Part shown: piece after piece, positions 1 through 12,899 of the stretch
How the letters are laid out: each line of letters begins with the position of its first letter
How positions within the stretch are numbered: position 1 is the first letter of the stretch
Assembly (NCBI RefSeq): GCF_024521635.1
Contig: NW_026250415.1
Span: forward strand, 682,001 to 746,000
DNA from: Tricharina praecox
Lineage: Eukaryota
Direction of reading: 5' to 3'
DNA length: 64,000 nt
Translations under genes and position numbers: made by a program
The notes under the pieces: generated by a model
Told to the model about the DNA's origin: nothing
Database searches by the model: none
What the model saw: the letters and a program-made list of their open reading frames with translations, nothing else

Positions 1-2879
1 ATCAAATCCGGAGAGATTTTCGAGGACCGGCAGGCCAATTACGAAAAGCTTGTTAAGCTCCAGGAGAAGTTGATTGCAAATGCTCAGGTTGTGGCGGATA
101 TCGTAGGACTCGAGATGCCAGATCTCCCGGATGATCGCAATGACGAGGGCGTGAAGGACAGCATTATTAGGGAGGGAAGCAGCATGTTTGCGAATAAGGG
201 TGAAGAGGGAAAGAACGGAATCTGGGAGGACGAAGACCAGCGGAGGTTCTATGAGGATTTGATCGATCTCAAGGGCAAAGTCCCCACAATCCTGCTTGAG
301 GATGGAAAGAAGAAGAGGAAGGATGGGGACCCCAAAACCGAGGATGAAATCAAGAGCACTGGGGATGAGGCAGCAGACGCCGGCAGAGACGATCAAGAAG
401 TGGTGGCGAATGGTGAGACGGAGGAAGACAAGAAAGCCGCCGAAGATGCTGCCAGCACTGTCATTGTCAACAAAACGATTGGCGCTCAGGTGGACGCGCT
501 GCTATTGCGGCTTCCGGATCTCAACAATCGGGACATGATCGACCAAGCTGCCATTGATTTTTGCTTCCTCAATTCCAAAGCGTCCAGGAACAGGCTCATT
601 CGTGTTCTGCAAGAGGTTCCCCGCAGCCGCCAGGACTTGTTGCCAGCTTATTCTCGTCTCACGGCAACCCTCAACAGGTATCTTCCCGACATTGGCAAAG
701 CCCTGGTTGAGCATCTTGACAAGGAGTTCCGCTCTCTTCAGAGACGCAAGGAGAAGGATCTCTCGGAATCCCGTGCTCGGAATGCTCGTTACCTCTCCGA
801 GCTGACAAAGTTTGGAGTGGTCCCTGAGCATGTCATCTTCCATTGTCTCAAGGTGGCACTCGAAGACTTCCATCGCACCAATATCGAGATTATCTGCCAT
901 ATCCTTGAAACCTGCGGCAGGTACCTCCTTCGAACTGCTGAGACAGGACCGCGGATGGCCGCGTTCCTCGAGACGCTCAAGAAGAAGAAAGATGGTGTCC
1001 ATCACCTTGGACAGCAGGAACGTATCTCAATTGAGAATGCCTTCTACTATGTCAACCCTCCAGAGAGACCCGCCATCGCCCAGAAGGAGCGTTCCATTAT
1101 GGAGCTTTTCGTCCGCAAGTTGATCTACCTGGATCTCACCAAGCGCAACTACGTCAAGATCCTGAAGCAGCTACGCAAACTCCATTGGGAAGATCCTTCA
1201 ATCGTCAGCATGCTGAAGAAGGTATTCACCAAGGTTTGGAAGGTGCGATATAACAATATCCACATCCTCGCTATTATTGTTGGCGCCTTGAGCCGTTACC
1301 ATCAAGATTTCGCATATGGAGTCATTGACGAAATCTTGGAGCAAATCTCGGTTGGACTGGAAGAAAACAACTTCAAGCATAACCAGAGACGTGTCGCGCA
1401 AGTCAAATATCTCGGCGAATTGTACAATTATAAGATGGTCGATTCCCCGGTTATCTTTGATGCCTTATACCGCATCGTCACCTTCGGGCACGAAGGCGGT
1501 ATGCCAAAGCCGGGAGTACTCTGCCACTTGGATCCGCCCGACGATTTCTTTAGGATCAGGCTTGCATGCTCTCTCCTCGACGTGTGTGGCGCCTGCTTCG
1601 ACCGCGGCACCGCCAAAAAGAAGTTGGACTTTTTCCTTGCGTTCCTGCAGTACTACTACCATACGAAGGACCCTGCTCCAATGGATATCGACTTCCTGCT
1701 GCAGGATACCCTCGCCGCTTTGAGGCCATCAATGGTGATGCCCGCTACCCTTGAGGAGGCTGGAAAGGCTTTTGAAGAGGCCGTTGCAAAAACCTACAAG
1801 AAGACCGAGATGGACAAGAATGCAGCCGCCGAGCAGGAAGAGGCTGAAGAAGAGTCTAACTCTGACGACGATGAGGGAGAAGGAGAGGACGTGGAGCTCC
1901 GGGACGAAGATGACGTAGCCGTGTCTGACGGCGAAGAGGGTGAGGAAGGGGAGGAGGGTACGGCTGCCGCAGGCCCTCAGAGTGATCCATCCAATCACTC
2001 TTCCGACGAAGAGGAGGAAGAAGACATTGTCGTCACTAGGGAACAGCAGTTAGATCCTGAGGCTGAAGCCGAATTCGACCGCGAATTTGCCAAGATGATG
2101 TCGGATTCCTTGGAAAGCCGTAAGTTCGATAGGAAACCTGTCTTCGACGTGCCTCTCCCAATTCGCAAGGGCACCGGCATGCTTTCGCGTGAGAACACTA
2201 TCGAGAGCGAGACCGGCGAACCGGAACAACCGGAGGAGAAGGGGACGATGATGTTCAGTCTATTAACCAGGAGAGGTAACAGACAGCAGACTAAGATGGT
2301 TGCCCTGCCTAGTGACAGCGGCTTTGCCCTGGCCATGAAGGATAAGCGGGAGAAGGAGCGAGAGGAAAAGCAGAAAATCAAGGAATTGGTCATGAGCTAT
2401 GACAGAATGGAAGACACTGCTGAACTCGACGGTATGTTCTCCTCTATCTTTGTTTGGTGGGTAAGGAAGGCTAAGCATGTGTCACAGCACTCGACAAACA
2501 CGCTGCTCTCAACGGCTATCACGTCAAGACGGACTCCAAGGCGGTCAGAGGCCAACCCAGGGGCCGTAAACTGTCCATGAGCGACGTTAACTGGTACGAC
2601 GCCAAGAACGCGCGTCCCCACCCCCAAGATAGGGCCAGGCTCAGCAGTGCTCCTCAACCTGTTCCTCTCTGTCGGCGTCCCCCTCCCCCTCCCCCAGCCA
2701 AGAAAAAAGAAGTCAAGAAACCTAGCGGCCCCCGCGGTCGCGAGGGACGAGTGACCAAAGCCGACAAGAGGAAGAGGGAGACACCCCAAGCGCCTGGTCC
2801 GATCGGAATGGGTGGTGACGACTTGTCCCTCCTCAGTCTATACGATTGCTAAAACTTGTTATTAATCCATAGGACCTAA
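1..2879 (+). CDS. UPF2: Nonsense-mediated mRNA decay protein Upf2 (MIF4G domains, acidic region, C-terminal Upf1-binding region); 5' part lies outside the window
   Basis: Frame 1 is open from base 1. Protein has Upf2-typical segments: IWEDEDQRRFYEDL, IDQAAIDFCFLNSKASRNRL, KYLGELYNYKMVDS, DDFFRIRL, acidic tract, EAEFDREFAKMM, FSLLTRRGNRQQTK. Intron 2432-2487 (GTATGT..GCTAAG..CAG) joins in frame to ..GRKLSMSDVNW; ends either at 2852 (no further splicing) or 2879 (intron 2594-2872 spliced). Confidence 0.95.
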
Positions 2880-3296
2880 AGGAAATCGGGAGGATAAACG
2901 AATTGCGGGAGGGAGGATATATCCTTCTATATGACATCATTCATATGCTGCTGCTGCTGCTGCGTGCGGCGGGGGGCGGTTCCCCAGACGGTCGAACGGT
3001 CGAACGATACGGACGGCTACAACTACTACTACTGCTACTTGCTACTAGAAGAATCTCGAAGCCTAGGATATGGATAACGGAACAGATGATTGGTGGATGG
3101 ATGGAGAAAAGATGGGAGGTGAAAGTAAGAGTGTGAGAAAATTCGAAAATTCGTTGACTGGTAGGTACGCCTCAATTCGGGGGGAGGATGGGCGGGAGAT
3201 GGACCACAGGTCGACCGAACGGAAGAAAGCCTAGGGTGTGCCGTGCCCCCAGCCAACAATAGCAACATGTTTGGTTTTCACTGGCGGCGACGATGG

Positions 3297-3351
3297 TGGC
3301 GGGCGGGCGGGCGGGCGGGCGGGCGGGTGGGTGGGTGTGCGGGTGGGTGGG
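3297..3351 (+). repeat. (GGGC)n/(GGGT)n microsatellite, G-quadruplex-capable
   Basis: ggcgggcgggcgggcgggcgggcgggcgggtgggtgggtgtgcgggtgggtggg: more than ten GGG runs, mostly with 1-nt loops. Confidence 0.9.
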
Positions 3352-6300
3352 TAGGATATGGGCCCTATTTGCTCTTGCTCTTGCTCTTGCTCTTGCTCGA
3401 CAATCTACTGTGCTTTGCTTTGCCTTGCCTTGCTTGCTTGCCTGCTAGTTGTGAATTCGGGGGCTTTGTTCGGTTTGGGGAGGGATTTCCGTTGAATTTT
3501 TTCTACTATCTGCTTGCTTGCTTGTTCGTTCGTTAGGTCCTTGCTTTGAGTTGCGCTTCCTTCATCTTTTGAAATTTCACTTTTCTGGCTCGTCGAGGTC
3601 TCTTTTCGTGAAGGTTTGCGGGTTTTGAAGTGATATGTGATTTGAACTGTGATTGATTCGTCCGGCGAATGCTCTGCGCGTCACTCGGATTTACGATGCT
3701 GGTCTGTATGCACTTTCCGTCCGTCCGGTTGTTCCGGTGAGTATCAAACGTTTACAGGGGGCACCATTATTGATTCGATGGTTTGGTTGCGGGGGTGGGA
3801 TGGGATGGGATGTGATGGGATGGGAGGAACGGGGTTATGAGGGGTAAGTATGTAAGTAAGCTGCTACCGGTAGATATATGAAATATGAGGAGGGCTGTTG
3901 AGAGTGGCGTGGAGTGTGGTGTGGAGTGGAAGGGGGTCACGGGAAATTGTGGAGGGTTTGGAGGGTTTGGAGGGTTTGGAGGGAGATGGTATATAACGCG
4001 CTCTCAACAGCTCATCAATCAGCTCAGTCGATTTTAAGTTCGAGTTCGAGTTGGACGAAACGAACGAACGAATGAACGTCACATCTCATGTCATCTCATC
4101 TTAACTTAGGCATGTCCGGTTACATCACATCCCCTCGACCTCAACCTGAAGCCGACGCTGAAGTGCACGAGGTAGTAGGTGGTATGCGCAGCCTGTTGCA
4201 CCCCCATTGACGTCGGTATCCCAGCCTGGTTGAAACTCCCAGCCTTCATTAACTGTACCGTACTGTACCAGGTAGCACATACCCCGAACCGGCGTTTAAC
4301 TACTTGAGAGTCGACGGATCACGGCGGGTTGGAATGACAACTTTGTCACATACACTCACTGAGACTCTCTGAGCCCTGTGGAGTTTCCCCTCCGCTCTCA
4401 TACACTTCCCTCCCATCCCCTCTCCCCTCCTCTCCCTCGGACATCGGGACATCGAACGTCCACTGGCACTTGCTTACGTGCGAAAGCGGCAGCGCCCATT
4501 CCATTCCATTCAGTTCTGCCCGACCCTCCGTCCGTCCCATTTTCTCCTCTATATATATGAAACGAAACCCCGAACCCCCGGGGGAGGGGAAGAGGTAATA
4601 TATCCACGACAATCACGGTGTGTAAACAAAGGACCGGGCTGAGTTGGGGAAGGGCTGGGCTGGGGCTGGGGAAGATTGTCGTCAGGGAACAGGAACAGGA
4701 AACGTCGTATTTGATTTGCAGGGATTGCATTTTGGTCGGGGGAGGGTGCGCGGACGGCGGCAATGGCGGTAAGAACGATGACGGTGACGGTGATGGTGGT
4801 CTCGGCGGGTTCGATAAACGTTGCGAAGGGTCCCCCACCGAGTTGGCGGGCTCATTTCACGGAAGTCTGTATCGCGCGGGGGGGAGTGAGCGGGGGAATT
4901 TCACGTTATCGGGAGTCCGTATCGCGCGCAGGGGAGGGGGAGATTTGACGTCCATAACTAACTACGGACATCATCTCACTCATCTCCTCCCCATTCGAAT
5001 TTCGGGGACCATACACCGTGATTCGGGGGGCCAAACCCGATGCGGTCGCCTCAACGTTGAAATGTTCTCTGTTTCTATCATACTTTTATGTTTGTCGGGT
5101 CGGTCGGTCAGTCTCTTGATCAAGACATCAGGCACCGGGAATTAGTTATCAACACCGCGGAGGTAGTTTGAGGTTGTTCAGTCTGAAGAACACGGGCTGC
5201 TTTTCTTTCGTGTTTCTTTCTACCTATTCAATTCAATCAGTCTCACCAGTTGCCTGTACCCGTCGAAGGTCTCTCAGTACTCTCTTATAGATATCTCTAC
5301 GGCTGGATTAGGATCCGGCTTCAGTATCGGGCCGGAGAACGAGAACAAACTCGGCAGAGGCGGCGGCGGGAACCGGCTGCAGCTTTCTCACAGATCCCGG
5401 GTCTTCGGTCCAGCGTCTAAAACGGAGTCCAGACATCGATCGTGCTTGAGCCTCCCGGTCCCCGGATATCCCCGAGCTCAACACTACTGGTATGTATGCG
5501 ACTGCGACTGCCTTCTTGCTGCTGCACCCTGCGTCGAAATTGAATATCCAGATCCGCTAGTTCGTAGGTGGTGGTGGTGATGGGTTCTCCATCTCCGCAT
5601 GGAATGTAGAGTATCGTGGTCGCCGCCGTTTGCACATACCCTACAGAGGGGACGACCTGCCTTCGACGCATCGAATTGGCAGTATGATATGTATATAGGG
5701 ATGGGAAGAACGGAGCGGGGGTGGTTAAGTACACAAAGGGTTTGGGTCGGTCGCTTATTTGATGGCGCGATGCCCAACTACTCTAGCTGGAGCAGACTGG
5801 TTGAGCACTCTAAGTTCGACGCAGGGGGTTGTGTGTGTGCTTGTGCTCTACGTTAGAGGCTCTACTCTAGTTGCTTTGAGGTTTGAACTCGTGGTCACTC
5901 CGCTGAACTACGATGAACTCGAAGAAAGAAAGAGGGGGGGAAGTTAGAGAGGAGCCAGAGAGAGATGCAGATGCCGCTTCACCCGCGTGCGCACCGTGCA
6001 CCTGCCAGGCGAGCTGATTGGCGATTGCGGGCACTGGGCGTAAGTTCTTAGTCAGCGTTGCTTGCTCGTTACTCGCTCGCTGCCGATCGTCGTCGTCGCG
6101 CTGGGAGTGGGATGCAACTTGCAAGTCGTGAAGCAGGTACGGATTGGGCGGAAAAAAGGAAGCAAAAAACAAATGCATTCTGAAGAGTTTTGACTGGCTT
6201 GCTGAGTGATGATGCAGCGATTCGACTGCTTGGCTGCCATTCGCTCTTCCATCCAATAATCCTCAAGCCCAGCAAGCAACCCCTCCACCCCTTGCGAATC

Positions 6301-7303
6301 ACGGCCTCATCACCGCGAACGCCCTGCAGCTCTGCTCCTCCTCTTCCTCTTCCCCATCCTCCTCCTCCACTTCTCCATTCACACCCCCTCCCCCTCCGCT
6401 AGATAGCGATAGTTATCTGGAATCTTCAGATCTCACCGGACTCGTGTATCGCACACGTAACACTCCCTCGCCCCCATCCGCCTGCTTACTTGACGCGAAT
6501 AACTCATCATCAGCCTTCCCATCCCTCCATCCCTCCATCCCTTCCCCCATCATCTGCGGCCTTCCTTCTGCACCTGTATTAGAATACCGGCCGACAGCGC
6601 CCTAAGCAGGAGGCAACCCACCATATACAGCGCTACCTCTCATTCCGACCGCCACCTATCCCCGCCTGTCGTCTAGGTATCCCCGCCCGCCCCCCGCCAC
6701 CACTACCACCGCCGTCGCCGCCGCCCGTGCTTCTCTACGTTCCTTTACACCCCCCTACTAGTTACTCTGTCCGCCGATGGGCTCGTAGCTCCATCAAATC
6801 TTCAGGGGCCGAAGTTGATACATTCTGTACCTGAAGTGCTCATTCTCCCTCAAACCTCGGCCATCTCCCTCCCTCCCTCCCCGTCCCGCATCGCGACCCT
6901 GGCTCGTCAACGTGAGACTGCCCCTGCGACGACACCAATTCAATTATTTCCCAGTCCAATCCCTTCTCGGCCACAACCCGTTTAGCTGCACCTTACCGTC
7001 AACGTTGCTCCTTCTACGCCAACTGATCGCCGGTCGCCCAGAGTGAGAGAGCCTTTCCTACATACTACTGCTACTACCACCAGCCATCAACTCCTAGCAT
7101 CCAATTTACTCGAGTCGTCCTCTTACTCCTCCTCATCAACTTCTCCTCTTACTACTACTACTGCTACCAATACTATTACTACTACTTCTTCTCCTCCTGT
7201 TCCTCCTCCCCTCTTCCGACAAACTCCCCCCGCTTTACGAACCCTCACGAACGCACGCCCGCTCGCCTACGTACCTGAAACAGTCGTATTCCCACCCCCC
7301 TCC

Positions 7304-7334
<31 letters not shown>

Positions 7335-7530
7335 TCGGACTTTCATCTCCAGCTTCGTCGTCGTCGTCGCGATCAGCTCCACGGACAAGATAGAGAAAAC
7401 AGAAAGAGATATTCACGCTGGTTCCCATCGAGACTTATACTCTCGAAGGATTCTGTGAGGCTCCGTGAGTCTGCTGTGTGGGCTGGAAAGGTTCAGGACA
7501 AAAGAGACAGCCGGGTATATATAACTCGCG

Positions 7531-10500
7531 ATGGAGTCCCCACCCGGCACGCCATTACTCGAGGAAGACGAGGAGGCTGTGCCGTGCAAAGGATGTAACA
7601 ACGTATGCATTCGAACGTATTCCCACACGTAGGATGACATCTGGTCACTGACTGAGGCGGGGGATCTTGGTGCAGGTTCTGGAAGAGGGAAAAGCGTTCG
7701 AGCTCGGTCAGTCAGCCCCCTCTCATCCTCCCCCCTCACTCCCCCGTTCGATGCGGGAACACTACACTCGGCTTCTACCGCACCTACAGCACAACATCCC
7801 GTTTGCAATGCTCGTACTGACGGCTGTATAGCTGGTAATCGCTGGCACATAGAATGTTTCCGGTGTAATAGCTGTGGCACATTACTCGATTCCGACGCCA
7901 ACCTTCTACTGCTCGGAGATGGATCCCTCATCTGCAACAGCTGTACCTACAGCTGCACCGCTTGCGGCAACAAGATCGAAGATCTCGCGATCCTTACCGG
8001 AGACCAGGCGTTCTGTGCGGGCTGCTTCAGATGTCGGAATTGCAAGCGCAAGATCGAGAATCTGAAATATGCGCGGACATCGCAGGGAATCTTCTGTATG
8101 ACCTGCCACGAAATATTGATGGCGCGGCGAAAGAAACGTCCAAAACCGACCATGACCCAGACCCAGAGGCCAACGCCGTCAGTGTCGCCGATGTTGGCCC
8201 TGGACAAGGCACTTCCTTCCGTCCCGCCGCCACAAGACGATGACCCCGTGGAGCTACCCGTCAACATACCTCGTTCCGAGCTGGCGGCCAATCCAGCCCC
8301 TCGCCCCTCGACCAGCCGGACTAACTCGTCGAGAACCAATCCCACACCTGACCAGCTGTCGCCGATGGCATTTCAGCCTTCTGGGGGTAACATTCGTCTC
8401 CTCCCGAGTGGTAAGAGCTTCCCCGCTGACTGTGCAGATCATCTCCGTACGCCTAGGACGAACAAGCGTCACTCGCAGATGTCACTCGATATGCTTCAGG
8501 GAGCGCAGGACTACTCGTTTATACCTCTCGTCCTCGATAACTCTCCCGGCCACACTCCCGGCCACACCCCCGGCCACACCCCCGGGCACACTCCAGCTCA
8601 ACTTCCAAGCACCTCTTACAGCAGGTCGAACGTGCTCGATCGGGGGCCGCATCATGACCGGGCAGAGCTTCCTAGGCAGGAGCGGAAATCGTCTACGGAC
8701 ACGTCACACTATGAGATGCGCGGCTCAATACCGCACATTGCCACGCAGGACAAGAGCTACGAACTCCCGGTTGCAATGGACAGGAGGGACATCCCCCGGA
8801 TCTCCCATGACTACGAAAGGCCTTCAGATATTAAGCAGATCTCCCGCTCCGATTCTTCGCTCAATAAGTCGGATGCGCAGGCTCCAAAGATCGAAATTAA
8901 CACGAATTCCAGCGGCTTCAAGCTTGGGGAGGTACCGAGGGAGAGGAAGAGGTCGATTGGCAATCTTAGATCTCCCGAACTCGATGAACTGCAAGAAAAG
9001 TTCAGGGCTATAACCTCCTCGAGGCCTGTCAGTTCACAGACCACGTCTTCACAGAAAACGCTTGATGCGGCTTCTCTGCCTCCTCGGGGGGATTCATTCC
9101 GACCGCCAGTGTCGCGGAAAGAAGTCCCAGCCCCCGTAAGAGGCAAATCCTTCGATTCGACTCTCACTCCATTGTCTCCAGGTCGTTCGTTACATAGCCA
9201 GGCCGCATCGAGTTCGTCTACCATGACAGCGGTCGAGTTGCCAGGAGATGACAGCAGTGTGGGAACCAGAAGGGATGGATCATCCCCACCGCAGCGACCT
9301 TCGACCGCCCAGGATAGTGGCTTCAGTCCGTCCCATAACTCGGAATCGGAAATGTCACCATCCCTCCCTCCACTCAACAAGTCGTCCATGGCTGGACTAG
9401 GATTCGATGACGAACTTAAAAGGGTATTTGGCGGTGGCTCCAGTGATCCAGGCCTCAGGAGGGTTTCTAACGCGGTAAAGCATGGGAGGAGTCTTAGTGA
9501 AGCAGCCAGGTCGCCATATTCCCCCGGAGCCGGACTGCAATACGGAGAATCGCCGGAAACTAGAGACGACGTGACAACCCTTAAGCAGGAACTACGGCGC
9601 TCGACCCAGCGCATCGTCGAATTGGAGGCCAAACTCAATGTTCGTATAATAGCGGATCCCACCCCACTGACCCGCCGCTCCGTCGCTGACAACTCGTTTA
9701 GAACAATGTGTCGGCCAAGGCACTGGAACACAACATCCAGGAGAAGCGGAATACTGTTGCCCTGCTAGAAACGGAGAGAGAGGCCTTCTTGCGCGAGTTG
9801 ATGGTGATCAAGGAGAGACTGGATGCTTCCAAGGAGGGGTACGTCAAATTCCGCCGGCCAAAAGCGCGCGCACGTGACTGACGCATTTACACAGCAAACC
9901 CGTCAACTTTGACGAATTAAAATCGGATCTTATCCGCGGCTTGACCGTGGAGCTGGAAAGTCTTAAGGAGACCTTGAGGTCTGACATCCAGGCTCTGGTG
10001 TCTCAGCGGGACCAATTGTTGGACGATGTTGAGAACTTTGGCCGCCTGCGTGAACAAGCCATCCAGGAAACCGAGCAACTCAACATGAAGAATGCGCAGT
10101 TGGCAGACCTCAATAACGAGCTAACCCGACGTATCCAAGGCCAGTTCCAAGCCAATAAGGTTCCCGGTCTTGGGATCTACGATGGGACCAGTATCGACGC
10201 GTTGGATATAAAGGACTTGGACAAGCGGGCGACACCGGCAGCTCCCACGCCTTCCTTGGCAACCATCGGCGTGCCGTACAGCGAGACCTCGGAGGGTCCC
10301 GAAGTATTTGTAGCGCAAAAGGTTTCCACGTTTAAGAATGGTGCCCAGCAAAAGAAGTTCTTCTGGAAGAAACCCGGTGCCACGATCATGAAGGGTGCCA
10401 ACAAGATCAATAGGGTCTTCACTGCGGACCAGGAGGCTACAAATGGATACGATTCTTCCAGCATGAAGTCGCACGGGGGGATAGGAGGGACGGAGAAACT

Positions 10501-11339
10501 TTTTGGTGGTGGGCAGAAGAAGTGGGGCAAAAACCACAAGGCCGGTTCTGCCAACGGGAATGGGGGCCCCCAGGAGGACGGACATGGTATGTTTATTGCG
10601 TTTCGATGACTGACAGGACAATGCTGACCCCATCTAGTGGCCATTTTTGGAGGCGATCTTGGAGCACGAACAGCGTTTGAGGATGCCAAAATACCGATCA
10701 TCGTCCAGAAATGCATCCAGGAGGTGGAGATGCGCGGCATGGACTATGAGGGTATCTACCGGAAGTCGGGCGGCACGACTCAGATGCGACAGATTCAGGA
10801 CGAGTTTGAGCGCGGAGACGATGTGCAATTCAGTCCGGATCTCGATATCTGCAGTGTCACCAGTGTTCTGAAGCAGTACCTTCGTAACCTACCAAATCCG
10901 CTCATCACGTACGAGGTCTACGACCGGTTTATTGAAACGAGCAGTGAGTGCAGCTCTGCTCCCCCTGGTGCTCTGGGCTGTCGTTGCTGACGAGTGATCG
11001 CTCTAGACATATACGAAGAGGATAAACGCGTGGAAGCCCTCAAGGGTATCACAGAAGATCTGCCGCCGGCACATCGTGACGTGCTACAGTTCATCATATT
11101 CCATCTGGCCAGGTTCGATCGCTGCTCCCGTTGCTATTGATTCCAACCGGACGAGTACTGACGAGATGAATAGGGTTGCTGCCAGAAAAGAAGAGAATCT
11201 GATGAACACACGCAACCTCGCAGTCGTGTTTGCGCCCACCTTACTCCGACATCTCTCGGACGAGCGGGAGATGTCTGACATGCACACAAAGAACAACGCC
11301 GTGCAATTCCTGATCGATTACAATGAAGCAATTTTCTAG
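7531..11339 (+). CDS. RGA1: Rho GTPase-activating protein with two N-terminal LIM domains, coiled coil and C-terminal RhoGAP domain (Rga1/Rga2-like)
   Basis: Exons 7531-7602, 7676-7706, 7832-9639 (possible extra intron 8387-8437), 9702-9838, 9895-10586, 10638-10943, 11007-11112, 11174-11339, all GT..AG with branch sites. Spliced N-terminus CKGCNNVLEEGKAFELAGNRWHIECFRCNSC..CTACGNKIEDLAILTGDQAFCAGCFRCRNC..CMTCHE (2 LIM); C-terminus EGIYRKSG (arginine finger), LKQYLRNLPNPLI, NLMNTRNLAVVFAPTL. Confidence 0.93.
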
Positions 11340-12838
11340 CAGCTTCGTTTTGGACTTTATGATTTTTTGGGGCGGGAGGTGTAGTGCCAGGGTGAGGCGT
11401 TTTCTTCGACTTCTTTTTCTGTATAATGATTTTTCTTCTTCTTCCGGTGTTTGTGTATCCCCTCCAGTTGTTCAGAGATACCATGATTACCACTAGCACT
11501 ACCACCACTACCACCACCGCTATCACCCCCACCACTGCCGTTTTGCTTCCTCTCCGTTTAATCTACCTACTCCAATATCTATCTACCTACCCGCTTTTTG
11601 GTGTTTATCTCTTGTCTGATCTGTTTGGTGTTGGGTGTGGTTTTTGGGGATGAGGGTTGGGGGGTTTTTGGAGTGTGAATGGAGTGAAATGAGTCATAGA
11701 TGTTGTGTGGTGCTCGCGTTTGCTCGAAACGCATTGGAACTCGAGGTGTATTGCGGGTGAGAACATGTGAGGCAGTGGTCACCACTGGGTGTCTGGGAAG
11801 CAACTACACGGCAACTACACGCGGCAACTACACGCGGCGATGGATACAAGACCCGCGCGCCCATCGTAGCATACAAGTCCACAACCCCACAATCACTCGT
11901 CCTCTGTTTGCCTCTTTTTCCAAAGGGTTTTAAGTACGGACTCACTGTAATCACTCGTTTGACATTTTAACGTGGTCGAGAAGACACGTAAGATATCAAA
12001 CTCAAGGTAGGGTAGAGAAATAGGTTCGAATCGAATGGAGTAGTTGGGGTTTGAGTTTGAGTGACGTCTTCCGCTCGTGATCTTTCCGTGAAGTTCCATC
12101 CGCACAAACGCCGACGCCAACGACGACATCAAACACACCTCCCTCACTCCCTCTCTCCCTCACCTCACTCGCTCCCTCTCACAACACAATATCACCATCA
12201 AAACACCTCACTCCCTCACTCCCTCATACTTTTACAGTACAATAGTACAACGTAACACCACCATCACGCGAAATAAACTGAAGATCTCTCTCTCTCTCTC
12301 TCTCTCTCTCGCACAACACTATCACCTTTACAACACAAAACAACATCACCTTCACAACATCTCACCGGCACACATCACCATGACAGCCCTCGGCGGCATA
12401 TTTCTCACATTATTTCTCGCATCACAGCCGCACCATCACGTTGCACATCACAGCCCTCGGCGGCATATTCCCCACACTATCTCCCACATTACTTCCCACA
12501 TTATTTCCCACATTATTTCCCACATTATCTCCCACATCACAAACCACCTGACCGCGGCCAGAAGCCTTACGCCACCTAGGCACGCACCTAGGCACGGAAG
12601 CACATCCCCCCTCCCTGAGCCGAAGGGGAGCCTACATTCAAGCAGCAGCGGCGGAGCGACGGAGCGATACCAGACCGCGGAACTTTGCAAATTTGCAACC
12701 TGCCGGCCGGCGGAGGAAGATTTCTGCAGGCCGCCGTTCTCGAGACGGAGATACTGAAGGAGATACGGAAGGAGATACGGAGCTATTTCGTTACCGCAGC
12801 AGAACGAAGTTCGAACGCCGAATGGATTGCTTCGGCTG

Positions 12839-12869
<31 letters not shown>

Positions 12870-12899
12870 CAGGAGAGAGACATACATACTAGAGTCTAG

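Noticed and set aside
5160-5780. Coding-looking minus-strand fragments (also 34350-34950 and 54880-55900)
   Set aside because: Interrupted by stops with no identifiable family; possibly old pseudogenes, BLASTx needed.
12020-12035. GGTTCGAATC T-loop-like motif
   Set aside because: No flanking T-stem or cloverleaf; not a tRNA.
12380-12757. 125-aa ORF with hydrophobic start and (SHII)n repeat
   Set aside because: Driven by a CCCACATTATTT tandem repeat next to the hAT relic; no evidence for a real gene.
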